64,000 nt of DNA from an uncultured Gammaproteobacteria bacterium. Its GTDB lineage: Bacteria; Patescibacteriota; Microgenomatia; Levybacterales; UBA12049. Below, piece by piece: positions 40,463-50,415 of the stretch (position 1 is the stretch's first letter; the number at the start of each line of letters is the position of its first letter). Position numbers and translations under genes: made by a program. The notes under the pieces are model-generated. The model did no database searches. It was not told the origin of the DNA and saw only the letters and a list, made by a program, of their open reading frames with translations. The stretch covers positions 226,064 to 290,063 of the forward strand of contig CAZCYO010000001.1 of assembly GCA_964503265.1 (NCBI GenBank), given 5' to 3'.

Positions 40463-41365
40463 TTACATTGAGCGGAGAATTTTAATTCGTTCTTCGATTG
40501 GTGGGTGAGTATTAAAAAGATTTGTAAACCACGCTTTACTGGTTTTTCCTGCAAGTGGGCTATCGATAAAAAGATGTGCGGTGGCGTTACTAGCTGTCTT
40601 AACTGGACGAGTGTCATCTCGAAGCTTTTCAAGCGCACTTGCTAAACCTTCTGGATATCGTGTGAGAAGTGCTCCTGATGCATCCGCTAAGAATTCACGA
40701 CGACGTGAAACAGCGAGTTGAATAAGCGTTGCAGCAATTGGTGAAAGAATAGCAAAAACAATACCTACTATGAGAAATATCATCTGAAGTTGGCCATTTC
40801 CCCTATCATCATCTCGTCTCATTCCACCAAACCAGAGAGAGCGCATAAACATGTCTGCAAGGATGGCTACAAAACCAACTAGAATTACGACGATAGCCAT
40901 GACGCGAATATCATAGTTTTTTACATGGGAAAGTTCATGTGCGATGACTCCTTCAAGTTCTGCTTTATTAAGGCGATCTAGCAGTCCTCTTGTGGCTACA
41001 ACCACTGCATGTTTTGGATCACGTCCTGTGGCAAAAGCATTTAAGGCTGCATCTTCAAGTATATATACCTTAGGCATTGGAAGCCCATCTGCCATGGCTA
41101 GATTTTCAACGATATGATAATACTCTGGATAATCATGTTCTTTAATTTCTTTAGCGCCTGTCGTGGCGATGACCATTTTATCTGAGAAAAAGAAGCTACC
41201 TGCACTTGAAATAATAGCGAAAATAAGTGCGATAAAGGCATAAGAAAGACCATATCCAGATGCTTTACCGAAGATAAAACCAAGTGTGGTTACGAAGATA
41301 ATAAAGAGTGCGATGATGAGATATGATTTCCAAATGTTGGAAGATATTTGATTATAGATGCTCAT
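40463..41365 (-). CDS. htpX: Zinc metalloprotease HtpX (M48).
   Basis: HELSHV zinc-binding motif. N-terminal TM helices. Confidence 0.85.
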   Translation of the reverse strand: MSIYNQISSNIWKSYLIIALFIIFVTTLGFIFGKASGYGLSYAFIALIFAIISSAGSFFFSDKMVIATTGAKEIKEHDYPEYYHIVENLAMADGLPMPKVYILEDAALNAFATGRDPKHAVVVATRGLLDRLNKAELEGVIAHELSHVKNYDIRVMAIVVILVGFVAILADMFMRSLWFGGMRRDDDRGNGQLQMIFLIVGIVFAILSPIAATLIQLAVSRRREFLADASGALLTRYPEGLASALEKLRDDTRPVKTASNATAHLFIDSPLAGKTSKAWFTNLFNTHPPIEERIKILRSM

Positions 41366-41465
41366 ATGAGTATTGGATTACGTATCAGGAAGTACGAATT
41401 ATGAATAATTTGAAGATATATTTTGCTTTGCTGTTTTTTCGTAATTCTTGATTCATTATTCAAGT

Positions 41466-42014
41466 CTAGAACTGGACTTTTACTTCTTTCTTCTCTTGTT
41501 CTGTTGCAGCAAAGAATTCAGCTGGGGTGAAATTGAACATATTAGCGAGAACGACGTTTGGAAATACCTGTATTTTTGTGTTGTAATCAAGTACATTATT
41601 GTTATAAAACTGTCGAGAATATGCAATTTTATTTTCAGTATCTGAGAGTTCCTCTTGAAGTTTTAAAAAGTTTTCATTTGCTTTAAGGTCTGGATAGCTT
41701 TCTGATACAGCAAAAAGACTTTTAAGGGTTTCTGTTACTTGGTTATTTGCTTCAGCTTTTTCAACTGTTGAATGAGCCGACATGAGGCTCGTTCGAGCTT
41801 TTGTAACACTTTCGAGGAGTTCTTTTTCATGTTTTGCATATCCTTTAACAGTCTCAATAAGATTAGGAATAAGGTCTGTACGGCGTTTTAACTGCACATC
41901 GATATGAGAAAGAGCCTCAGAAATACGAAGTTTTGCTGTCACGAGTGAATTGTATGTGAACCAGAAATATAGAGCGATAAGTATTGCGATTACAATGAGG
42001 ATTGTGTATGCCAT
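41466..42014 (-). CDS. lemA: LemA family protein.
   Basis: N-terminal TM followed by the conserved LemA region [45 protein letters not shown]. Confidence 0.8.
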   Translation of the reverse strand: MAYTILIVIAILIALYFWFTYNSLVTAKLRISEALSHIDVQLKRRTDLIPNLIETVKGYAKHEKELLESVTKARTSLMSAHSTVEKAEANNQVTETLKSLFAVSESYPDLKANENFLKLQEELSDTENKIAYSRQFYNNNVLDYNTKIQVFPNVVLANMFNFTPAEFFAATEQEKKEVKVQF

Positions 42015-42080
42015 ATAAATATATTGTATACGTGTATTTGCAAAAAGTCAAAGCCATCACTGATTAGTTTGAAAACACAA

Positions 42081-43868
42081 TCAAATCATTTCAAACCATT
42101 TTTTAACTTCTTCATATTTCCATGTGTTGACGACGTCTTTTTTCTCAAGCCAGCCTCGTCGTGCGACGTCTACACCATATTCCATCATATCCATCCCATC
42201 AAGTGAATGAGAATCTGTATCGATAAAAAAGACGTTTCCTGCGCTTTTAGCCTGTCTAATGAGTTCGTCAGGGAGATCTAATCGTTGTGGTGCAGCATTT
42301 ATCTCAAGTGCTTTATGGTGTTCTGCCGTAAATGCGAAGATTTGTTGCCAATCTGCGTTGATACTTGGTCGTTCATTTATCAGTCGTGCTGTAGGATGAG
42401 CGAATATTTTAACTTTTGGATGAGTAAGCCCTTTTATGATTCTTTTCGTCATTTCTTCACTCGTCATACTGAAAGAACTATGGATGGATACGAGTATTCC
42501 GTCGAGTAATTCTAAGGCTTCATCAGGGAGAGCGAGTTTCCCATCAGGGAGAATATCTGTTTCGATCAAGGAAAATATTCGAACACTATTTGTGTTCTTA
42601 ATATGATCAATAAATTTACTCCTTTTTTCAATAATACGCACAATTTCTTCCTGTGTATGCTTAGAGAGACTTGGGTTATGTTCGGAAAAACCGAGATAAT
42701 CGTAATGTAAATCTTTGGCTCGAGTTAACATTTGCTGCATTGTATGGCTTCCCATGTCGTGACTTGGCTCAAGATCATAATTTGAATGAAGATGAAAATC
42801 TCCTTTAATGTCTTTTAATTCGAGTAAAACTGGAAGTGCGTTTTTTTGAGCAAGTTCTATCTCTCCTGTATCTTCACGAATTTCTGGAGGAATATACGTT
42901 AATCCAATTGCTTCATAAAATTCTTTTTCTGTTTCGTATTTTTGAATTGTTTCAGTATCTCCCGATGTTTTTTTAATGCCCCATTCTGAAAGGGATAGTC
43001 CTTTTGAGAGTGCATATTCTCGTAAATGTACGTTATGATTTTTGCTTCCGGTGAAATGCTGAAGGAGAGATCCGAAGCTTTCTTTGGGTTGGGTTCGTAA
43101 ATCAACCCTAAACCCGCCAGCAGTCAGAAAGTTTGCTTCATTTTTCCCTTTACCAAGTATTCGCTCAATATATGGATATGCTACAAAATGTTCAATCACA
43201 GCAGCGTCGTTTTTTGTCGTAACAGCGATATCGACGTCACCAATAGTGTCACGCTTTCTACGCAAACTTCCCAGAGGATATGCCTCCAGCACATACGGAG
43301 ATTTTTTAAGAAAAGCAATTATTTTTTCAGCTAGTTCGTTTGCAAAGGGGAGAGGCATACGAATATTTTTTATTTTTCCAAGTCGATATTCATTTATAGC
43401 TGATAAAATAAGTTCTTGAGATTTTTCGCCGAATCCTTCGAGTTTTGCGATCTCACCAGATTTTGCTAGTTTTTCTACATCGTCGATAATCTTTTTTGGA
43501 TCTTCGAGGTTAAAATGTGTAACGAGTTTAAATGCTTTTTTCGGTCCAAAGCTTGGAATTTCTAACAGCGGGAACATAGCGGCTGGAAGTTCACCAAGTA
43601 GTTTCGTAAAATGGCTGGAAGACCCTTTAGAAAATAATTCAGTCAAATGTTCTCGAATAGATGGACCGACTCCAGGAATTCCCTCAGATCTTCCTTCTAA
43701 GAATAAACTTTCAATAGGGGTAGTCATTGATTCGATGGCTTCAGAAGCTTTGTTATACGCCATGATTTGAAAACGGAACTTACCTTCGTCTTTAATAGCG
43801 TAGGAGACTGCGACGTGGTGGAGGAGTGTGGCGACTTCTTTATTCGTCATTACTGACCAGTTTAGCAT
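42081..43868 (-). CDS. polX: DNA polymerase X family protein (HhH plus Pol-beta nucleotidyltransferase plus PHP domain).
   Basis: HhH motifs, GSLRRKRDTIGDVDI nucleotidyltransferase motif, C-terminal PHP histidine cluster (HLHSNYD...HTARL). Likely start MTNKEV. Confidence 0.8.
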   Translation of the reverse strand: MLNWSVMTNKEVATLLHHVAVSYAIKDEGKFRFQIMAYNKASEAIESMTTPIESLFLEGRSEGIPGVGPSIREHLTELFSKGSSSHFTKLLGELPAAMFPLLEIPSFGPKKAFKLVTHFNLEDPKKIIDDVEKLAKSGEIAKLEGFGEKSQELILSAINEYRLGKIKNIRMPLPFANELAEKIIAFLKKSPYVLEAYPLGSLRRKRDTIGDVDIAVTTKNDAAVIEHFVAYPYIERILGKGKNEANFLTAGGFRVDLRTQPKESFGSLLQHFTGSKNHNVHLREYALSKGLSLSEWGIKKTSGDTETIQKYETEKEFYEAIGLTYIPPEIREDTGEIELAQKNALPVLLELKDIKGDFHLHSNYDLEPSHDMGSHTMQQMLTRAKDLHYDYLGFSEHNPSLSKHTQEEIVRIIEKRSKFIDHIKNTNSVRIFSLIETDILPDGKLALPDEALELLDGILVSIHSSFSMTSEEMTKRIIKGLTHPKVKIFAHPTARLINERPSINADWQQIFAFTAEHHKALEINAAPQRLDLPDELIRQAKSAGNVFFIDTDSHSLDGMDMMEYGVDVARRGWLEKKDVVNTWKYEEVKKWFEMI

Positions 43869-43955
43869 ATGCGTTGAAAGACAGGCAATATTTTGGTAAA
43901 ATACGAACGTCCCTAATTCTAGCTTCTAGATTCTATCTTCTAGATGCTTAAATAA

Positions 43956-44032
43956 GGGGTGGTAGCTCAGTTGGTTAGAGCGCTTCCCTGTCACGGAAGA
44001 GGTCGCGGGTTCGAGTCCCGTTCATCCCGCCA
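43956..44032 (+). tRNA. tRNA-Asp (anticodon GTC), CCA encoded.
   Basis: GGGGTGGTAGCTCAGTTGGTTAGAGC...CCTGTCACGG...GGTTCGAGTCCCG...CCA. Cloverleaf folds with the anticodon loop CTGTCAC. Confidence 0.85.
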
Positions 44033-44120
44033 AATACATTTCACCCCATAGAACTTCTTGCCATCTCTAGAATTTGTGATATACTAAGCTCATAATCTTT
44101 TTCTGTCCGAGGAGTTATGT

Positions 44121-45056
44121 ATGGCAAATAAACGAACAGAAAAATCAGTAACCCCAAAGTCTTCAGCATCTCGTGCTAAAGAAACGATGAAAAAAACTCC
44201 AACTGAAAATTCAGTAAAGAGATCGTTTGACTATTTCCGAATTAGTGAATCATATACGAGTCTTATACTAGGAGTAGTCGTAGTAGTTATTACATCTATT
44301 CTTCTCATCGCATTTTTACGAAATCGTACGAATATGAATACTCCACAACCAACAAAAGATATTTCAACAGCGATGAAGATTGGTCCGACTATTTCTCCAA
44401 CTGATGCGCCAATCGATATCGTATCAAAAGCAATTTCTCAACCAATCACTCCAACTGTTACTCAAGGAGCAACGCCTACTCCTATAATTACTGTGACAAA
44501 TACACCAGTGCCGACAATGAAGCCAACCGCTATTCCAACAGTCAAACCAACGAGTATCCCAACTGAGATAGCTAAAAAAGTCACACCGATAGTTACTAAA
44601 AGTCCAGAGGTAAAGCCGACTGTTGTTGCAACTATAAAATCTGGACAGACTGTTAAAGCGACGACATATACGACTAAAGCCGGAGATGATCTGTGGGCGA
44701 TCGCTGAGAAGTATTATAATAGTGGGTACAACTGGACTGATATCGCTAAAGCAAATAATATTACTGACGGGAATGTTATTTACTCAGGAATGAAATTAGT
44801 AATTCCTAGTGTTGAGAAAAAAATTGCGACTGTAACCGTTACGCCGACACCTACGAACGCACCAACTGCTATGGCTAATTTAGGCAAACCATCACAAAAT
44901 CATGCAAAAACATATACTATTAATCCAGGTGATGATCTTTGGGATGTGGCAGTTGCGGTTTATAATGATGGATATCGATGGCCAGAAATCGCTAAAGCAA
45001 ATAATTTGACAGATCCAAATGTCATTCACTCAGGTAATGTACTTAAAATTCCGTAA
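44121..45056 (+). CDS. Membrane-anchored protein with two LysM peptidoglycan-binding domains and a Pro/Thr-rich linker.
   Basis: Two copies of GDDLW...IA...YNSGYNWTDIAKANN...G..L.IP. N-terminal TM helix. Confidence 0.8.
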   Translation: MANKRTEKSVTPKSSASRAKETMKKTPTENSVKRSFDYFRISESYTSLILGVVVVVITSILLIAFLRNRTNMNTPQPTKDISTAMKIGPTISPTDAPIDIVSKAISQPITPTVTQGATPTPIITVTNTPVPTMKPTAIPTVKPTSIPTEIAKKVTPIVTKSPEVKPTVVATIKSGQTVKATTYTTKAGDDLWAIAEKYYNSGYNWTDIAKANNITDGNVIYSGMKLVIPSVEKKIATVTVTPTPTNAPTAMANLGKPSQNHAKTYTINPGDDLWDVAVAVYNDGYRWPEIAKANNLTDPNVIHSGNVLKIP

Positions 45057-45095
45057 CTCTAGTCTTCAACGTAGTTTTCTTATACGATATATCTG

Positions 45096-46019
45096 ATGAA
45101 TAAAAAATCTGCTCCTCCTACGTCATCACATAAAAAAATAGTAGTGCTGATTTCTTGTTTAATTTTTTTGACATTAGCTACTTATTTAGGTATCAGTGTA
45201 TATGCAGCGTATGTATTTACACAGCCAAATAATAATCCTCTTGAAAAACCTGCGACAGTAATTAGTAAAAACTATGAAGATGTTAGTTTTACGACTTCAG
45301 ATAATGTGGTACTGAAAGGCTGGATTTTTCCAGGGGTGAGTAATAAAGCAGTGATTATGGTCCCTGGAATGTGGCAGAATCGACTGAACGCTGACTATGG
45401 TACTGTCGATATCGCGAAAGAATTACTCAGCTCTGGCTATACAGTCATGTTATTTGATCTACGCGGGAATGGAGAGTCACAAAAAGTACGAATAGGCTAT
45501 GGATTTGTCGAGAATCGAGATGTCGTGGCAGCGGTTAAAGTATTAACTGATAGACATTTTTTGGCTGCACGAATAGGGATTATCGGTGATTCACTGGGTG
45601 CGATTACTCTTCTTCACAGTGCTCCTGAATTATTCGATATTGGTGCAATTATCGCTGATAGCCCTGCAGCTGATATGAAACACCTCATCGCTGATCACAT
45701 GGTCTCAGACAAGCATCTTCCACGCTTTTTACATCCGGGTATTTTCTTTATGGCCGAACATCTATTTGGTATTCCGATAATTGATAGTATGCCGTTTTCA
45801 AGTGTGACTGCTACACCTGAAAGAACATATTTATATCTTCATGGAGAAAAAGACACATATATACCACTCGATAATAGTAAAAAACTATTATTTGAGTCAA
45901 ATATGTATTCAAAACTCATCACATTTAAGAACGCAGATCATATTCACACCTATAAAACAGATCCACAACTTTACCGAGAAACAGTGTTCTCATTCCTCGA
46001 ACAACAACTCGGGAAATAA
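45096..46019 (+). CDS. Alpha/beta hydrolase, membrane-anchored.
   Basis: IGDSLGAI (G-x-S-x-G nucleophile elbow), N-terminal TM. C-terminal HGEKD, with D and H completing a likely triad. Confidence 0.7.
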   Translation: MNKKSAPPTSSHKKIVVLISCLIFLTLATYLGISVYAAYVFTQPNNNPLEKPATVISKNYEDVSFTTSDNVVLKGWIFPGVSNKAVIMVPGMWQNRLNADYGTVDIAKELLSSGYTVMLFDLRGNGESQKVRIGYGFVENRDVVAAVKVLTDRHFLAARIGIIGDSLGAITLLHSAPELFDIGAIIADSPAADMKHLIADHMVSDKHLPRFLHPGIFFMAEHLFGIPIIDSMPFSSVTATPERTYLYLHGEKDTYIPLDNSKKLLFESNMYSKLITFKNADHIHTYKTDPQLYRETVFSFLEQQLGK

Positions 46020-46170
46020 ACCTTGGTGTGTTTTAATCTAAAATATTGTCATCCTCGACTAGATCGAGGATCTATATAATACTATTTTTTTTCAAAGGAC
46101 TTATCTAATAGATTCCCGATTTCACGGGAATGACAGTAATATGTCTTTTTGCTATACTTCGGTTAGTTCC

Positions 46171-46241
46171 GCGGGATTAGTACACCGGTAGTATGCTGCC
46201 TTCCCAAGGCAGAGAAGCGAGTTCAATTCTCGTATCCCGCT
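46171..46241 (+). tRNA. tRNA-Gly (anticodon CCC).
   Basis: Perfect acceptor stem GCGGGAT/ATCCCGC, anticodon stem CTGCC/GGCAG with loop TTCCCAA, T-arm GCGAG-TTCAATT-CTCGT, discriminator U. Confidence 0.7.
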
Positions 46242-46362
46242 CATAATATACAGAGAAAAATTAAAAGGAAAGTTATTTAGTCTTAAAAAATAGAGAGAGC
46301 TCTATATATAGCGTTATAAACTCCCACTTGACACCATTTGTCTTGATTTGTTAGCATAAATC

Positions 46363-48036
46363 GTGCCCCGAACAAATTCTAACAAACATACAAAGTTCAT
46401 TTTTGTCTCAGGCGGTGTCATCTCCGGCATCGGTAAAGGGATCACCTCGGCATCGATCGCACTTTTGCTTAAATCTGCAGGTTTTAAAGTAGCCCCTCTT
46501 AAATTTGAAAATTATCTCAACCTGGACGCTGGAACGATTAATCCTATTGAACATGGTGATCCATTCTTATGTGAAGACGGGACTGAAGGAGATATGGATA
46601 TCGGAACCTATGAGAAATTCTTAAGTCAAGATATGGGAAAACTTAATTTCGTGACGATGGGAAGAATTTATCAAACAGTTATCGATCGGGAGCGACGATT
46701 TGAATATAACGGAGAAGATGTTGAGGCGATTCCACATATTACTGATGAAATTACGAGACGAATTGATGAACTTGCCGATACGACAGGTGCAGACATCGTC
46801 ATGATTGAACTGGGGGGAACGGCTGGGGAATACCAGAACATTTTTTACTACGAAGCATCTCGAATCATGACACTTCGCCGTCCAGGAGATGTGATTCACG
46901 TTCACGTGAGTTACATGCCGACCCCGAACCATTTAGGTGAGCCAAAGACGAAACCCACGCAGCTTTCTGTTCGAACGCTTAACTCCATGGGTATTCAACC
47001 AGATTTTATTATCGCGCGTTCTGATAAATTCTTAGATCAGAGACGACGGGAGCGTTTCGCTCTATTTTGTAACATGCATCCAGAAGATATTATTTCAAAT
47101 CCAGATGTTAAATCAGTTTATGAAATACCACAAGTCTTACAAGATCAGGGAATAGTTGATCGTATTACACAGAAATTAAATCTTCCAAAAGCTACGCCAA
47201 AATTGACCGAATGGAATGCACTTGTTGAGCGAGTAAAAAAAGAAAAGAAGAAATCAATCGAAATCGCGATTGTCGGAAAATACTTTGGCACTGGTGAATA
47301 TGAACTGCGTGATTCATATGCAGCACTTCTGGATGCGATCGATCATGCGTGTTGGAAAGTCGGTGTAAATGTAAAAACGAAATGGGTAAGTGCTGAAAAG
47401 GTTGAAAAAAACGGAGTTGAAAAAGAAATTGGAAATCCAGATGGAATTATCGTTCCGATTGGTTGGGGAGAGCGAGGAACAGAGGGCATGATCTCGGCTG
47501 CTAGTTATGCTCGTACAAAGAAAATTCCGTATCTAGGACTCTGTTATGGTATGCAGTTAGCGACAATCGCTTTTGCACGTGATATGTTAGGCTGGAAAGA
47601 TGCGACTTCGACGGAAATCAATCCTGAGTCAAAACATCAGGTAATTCACCTGATTCCGTCTCAGAAAGAACTCATGGAACGACGAGCATATGGTGGGACG
47701 ATGAGACTGGGTGGATGGGAAGCTAAGGTTAAAAAAGGAACGAAATCTTATGACTTATATAAGAAGCATGATGAGATGACTGATGTAGAAAAAGGCTTAA
47801 CAAGTGAACGCCACCGACATCGATATGAATTTAATGATGACTATGCAAAAGAACTTGAAGATAAAGGACTTATCATCGCAGCACGCTCAGTTGTCGAGGG
47901 ATTAGTCGAAATTGTGGAGTTATCAGAAAAAGATCACCCATTTTACGTGGGAACACAGGGACATCCCGAATATAAAAGCAGACCGCTTAAACCACATCCA
48001 CTTTTCATTGGCTTTATCGAAGCGAGTGCGAAATAA
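46363..48036 (+). CDS. pyrG: CTP synthase.
   Basis: KFIFVSGGVISGIGKGI N-terminus. C-terminal GATase with GLCYGMQ. The start codon (GTG at 46363) is uncertain. Confidence 0.9.
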   Translation: MPRTNSNKHTKFIFVSGGVISGIGKGITSASIALLLKSAGFKVAPLKFENYLNLDAGTINPIEHGDPFLCEDGTEGDMDIGTYEKFLSQDMGKLNFVTMGRIYQTVIDRERRFEYNGEDVEAIPHITDEITRRIDELADTTGADIVMIELGGTAGEYQNIFYYEASRIMTLRRPGDVIHVHVSYMPTPNHLGEPKTKPTQLSVRTLNSMGIQPDFIIARSDKFLDQRRRERFALFCNMHPEDIISNPDVKSVYEIPQVLQDQGIVDRITQKLNLPKATPKLTEWNALVERVKKEKKKSIEIAIVGKYFGTGEYELRDSYAALLDAIDHACWKVGVNVKTKWVSAEKVEKNGVEKEIGNPDGIIVPIGWGERGTEGMISAASYARTKKIPYLGLCYGMQLATIAFARDMLGWKDATSTEINPESKHQVIHLIPSQKELMERRAYGGTMRLGGWEAKVKKGTKSYDLYKKHDEMTDVEKGLTSERHRHRYEFNDDYAKELEDKGLIIAARSVVEGLVEIVELSEKDHPFYVGTQGHPEYKSRPLKPHPLFIGFIEASAK

Positions 48037-48121
48037 GGCACGCTAGATAGTTTTTTAGACTTTTATGAGTATACTGTCTAACTATTGAGCAAATTCAAAA
48101 AATACGCTATAATACACACAT

Positions 48122-48409
48122 ATGATTTCAGATGTAACATTTGCACCAGGCGATATTGTTAAAGTTCACCAGAAAATCCAGGAAGGGGATAAAACTCGTA
48201 TCCAAATTTTTCAAGGAACTGTACTTGGTATGAAAGGACGAGGAATTAATCGTTCTTTTGAAGTACAGAAAATGGTAGGACAAATTTCAGTTGAAAGAAT
48301 TTGGCCTATATCTTCACCTAACATCGAAAAGGTTGAAGTCGTAGGACATCAAAAACGTCGCGTTCGTCGAGCAAAACTTAACCACATGCGAATTGCAAAA
48401 ACCTCCTAA
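48122..48409 (+). CDS. rplS: 50S ribosomal protein L19.
   Basis: GDIVKVHQKIQEGDKTRIQIFQGTVL...VERIWPISSP..EKVEVV...VRRAKL matches the L19 profile. Confidence 0.85.
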   Translation: MISDVTFAPGDIVKVHQKIQEGDKTRIQIFQGTVLGMKGRGINRSFEVQKMVGQISVERIWPISSPNIEKVEVVGHQKRRVRRAKLNHMRIAKTS

Positions 48410-48441
48410 TAGTTTTTCTTTCCCCTTGGTATACTATTCAT

Positions 48442-48801
48442 ATGAAACATAATCAAACATTTGGTTTTCGTGGAGAAGATAAAGCTGCGGCTTTTTTAAC
48501 ACGAAAAGGATATAAAATCGTAATTCAGAATTTTCGAACGAAAAATGGCGAAATAGACATCATCGCTACAAAAGATAATACCCTTGTCTTTATTGAGGTA
48601 AAAACACGCTTAACGACTGAATTCGGAACACCGCTTGAGGCAATCACTCCACGTAAAGTCATGATAATGGCACGAACTGCACAGTATTTCAAATCGACTC
48701 ACCTAAATCTTCCTGATCTCATGCGACTTGATGCAATAGCGATAACACTTGAACCTGATGGAAATGTGATCGAGATTGAACATATTGAAAACATAGGTTA
48801 A
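48442..48801 (+). CDS. yraN: YraN family endonuclease (UPF0102).
   Basis: GEDKAAAFL...GYKIV..NFRTK.GEIDIIA......FIEVKTR. Confidence 0.8.
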   Translation: MKHNQTFGFRGEDKAAAFLTRKGYKIVIQNFRTKNGEIDIIATKDNTLVFIEVKTRLTTEFGTPLEAITPRKVMIMARTAQYFKSTHLNLPDLMRLDAIAITLEPDGNVIEIEHIENIG

Positions 48802-48867
48802 GTATTGTCATTGCGAGATCTACGACTTCGTTATACTTTCTCTCAATGACATGTTGGTACAATAAGC

Positions 48868-50304
48868 TTGATAAATGAGCCTAAAAAAAGTACAATAATC
48901 TACATGCATGATAAAAAAGTAAAAATCATCGCCACAGTTGGACCTGCAAGTGACACGTTAGAGACGATTGAAGCTCTCGCACATGAAGGTGTCGATGTTT
49001 TCCGCATTAACCTCTCTCATTCCACCAAAGATTACGTTCAGAAAGTTGTTTCTCATATTCGTGCCGTTGAAAAAAAGAGTGGTCGACCACTAACTATCAT
49101 GGGGGATTTAGCAGGCCCAAAAATTCGTATCGGTGATGTCGAAGATAATGTAGAACTTGTTCGAGGAGAAATAATTAAAGTTCATAGAGATACTGTTCTC
49201 GGAACAGTAGAAGGATTTAGTCTGAATCGAAAAGAAATTGTTGATGCACTTGAGAAAGATGCTGAGGTATTTATCGATGATGGGAATCTAAAACTTGTGG
49301 TTGAGGACAAAATTCCAGAAGGAGTTCTTGCACGAGTACTTGTAGGTGGAATTCTTAAACCACGAAAAGGGTTTTCAGCTGAAGGACTATCTGTATCAAG
49401 TACAGGACTTTCTGCAAAAGATAAAGCAGATATCGAAATTATGTTAGAAGAAGGTACAGATGCATTTGCTGTATCTTTCGTTCAAAATGCGAAAGATATT
49501 GAAGCCGTACGTCACCATTTTCCCAAAGATTCACGTATTATGTTGATTGCAAAGATTGAAACAAAAGCTGGAATTGAAAATATTGAAGAAATTTTAGCCG
49601 TTGCAGATGGTATTATGGTGGCCAGAGGTGACATGGGACTTGCTGTTCCTATCGCTGAAGTTCCACATATTCAGAAAAAACTGATTGACCTGTGTCTCAA
49701 ATATGAAAAACCTGTTATTACAGCGACACAAATGCTTGAATCGATGGTAAATACACCTATGCCGACTCGTGCTGAGGTAACTGATGTGGCAAATGCGATT
49801 TTAGATGGAACTGATGCTGTGATGTTATCTGCTGAAACAGCGAGTGGAAAATTCCCTGTCGAGACAGTGCATATGATGGTCAAGATTATTAATGAAGCTC
49901 TCCATCACACAACTCCCCGTGAATTTAATGATGAAAAAGAGATAGGTAGTGCGGTAAGTGGATCTGTCGGATGGATAGCTGATCATATTAAGGCGAGATT
50001 AGTTATCGCATTTACCGAGACTGGCCGATGTGCGCGACGAGTATCGCGAACACGTCATTCACAGACGATCATCGCTCTTTCCCCAAACCAGCAGACCATC
50101 CACAATCTTAATTTCTCATGGGGAGTACACCCTCACTACATCCATTCAACCCATGATTTCGATAACATGCGTGAACAGGCGAAAGATTTCGCGAAGAAAA
50201 ATGAAATCACGAAACTTGAAAGTGGAGAACCATTTGTTATTGCAGCAGGAATGCCTTTCGGAACTACAGGCAGCACGAATATGGTGTATGTGGAAAAAGC
50301 CTAG
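48868..50304 (+). CDS. pyk: Pyruvate kinase.
   Basis: KIIATVGPAS, MVARGDLG, conserved barrel. The start may be internal (MHDKK). Confidence 0.9.
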   Translation: MINEPKKSTIIYMHDKKVKIIATVGPASDTLETIEALAHEGVDVFRINLSHSTKDYVQKVVSHIRAVEKKSGRPLTIMGDLAGPKIRIGDVEDNVELVRGEIIKVHRDTVLGTVEGFSLNRKEIVDALEKDAEVFIDDGNLKLVVEDKIPEGVLARVLVGGILKPRKGFSAEGLSVSSTGLSAKDKADIEIMLEEGTDAFAVSFVQNAKDIEAVRHHFPKDSRIMLIAKIETKAGIENIEEILAVADGIMVARGDMGLAVPIAEVPHIQKKLIDLCLKYEKPVITATQMLESMVNTPMPTRAEVTDVANAILDGTDAVMLSAETASGKFPVETVHMMVKIINEALHHTTPREFNDEKEIGSAVSGSVGWIADHIKARLVIAFTETGRCARRVSRTRHSQTIIALSPNQQTIHNLNFSWGVHPHYIHSTHDFDNMREQAKDFAKKNEITKLESGEPFVIAAGMPFGTTGSTNMVYVEKA

Positions 50305-50310
50305 GAAAAG

Positions 50311-50350
50311 AGGTATCAAGGGTATCAAAAAGTATCAGGGGTATCAGGAG
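50311..50350. repeat. Four direct GGTATCA(A/G) repeats at 9-10 bp spacing in the pyk/uvrB convergent gap.
   Basis: gaGGTATCAAgGGTATCAAaaaGTATCAGgGGTATCAGg, read directly from the sequence. Confidence 0.85.
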
Positions 50351-50415
50351 CTGTCTCTTCTTTAATAGTTTTGATTTCTAATTCAACAGATCGTTGCTTT
50401 TTCCCTTAATATCTT

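Noticed and set aside
41390-41460. Apparent inverted repeat between htpX and lemA (gaattatgaataatttgaag / cgtaattcttgattcattattcaag).
   Set aside because: On checking, the two arms are not reverse complements of each other. This is just similar AT-rich words.
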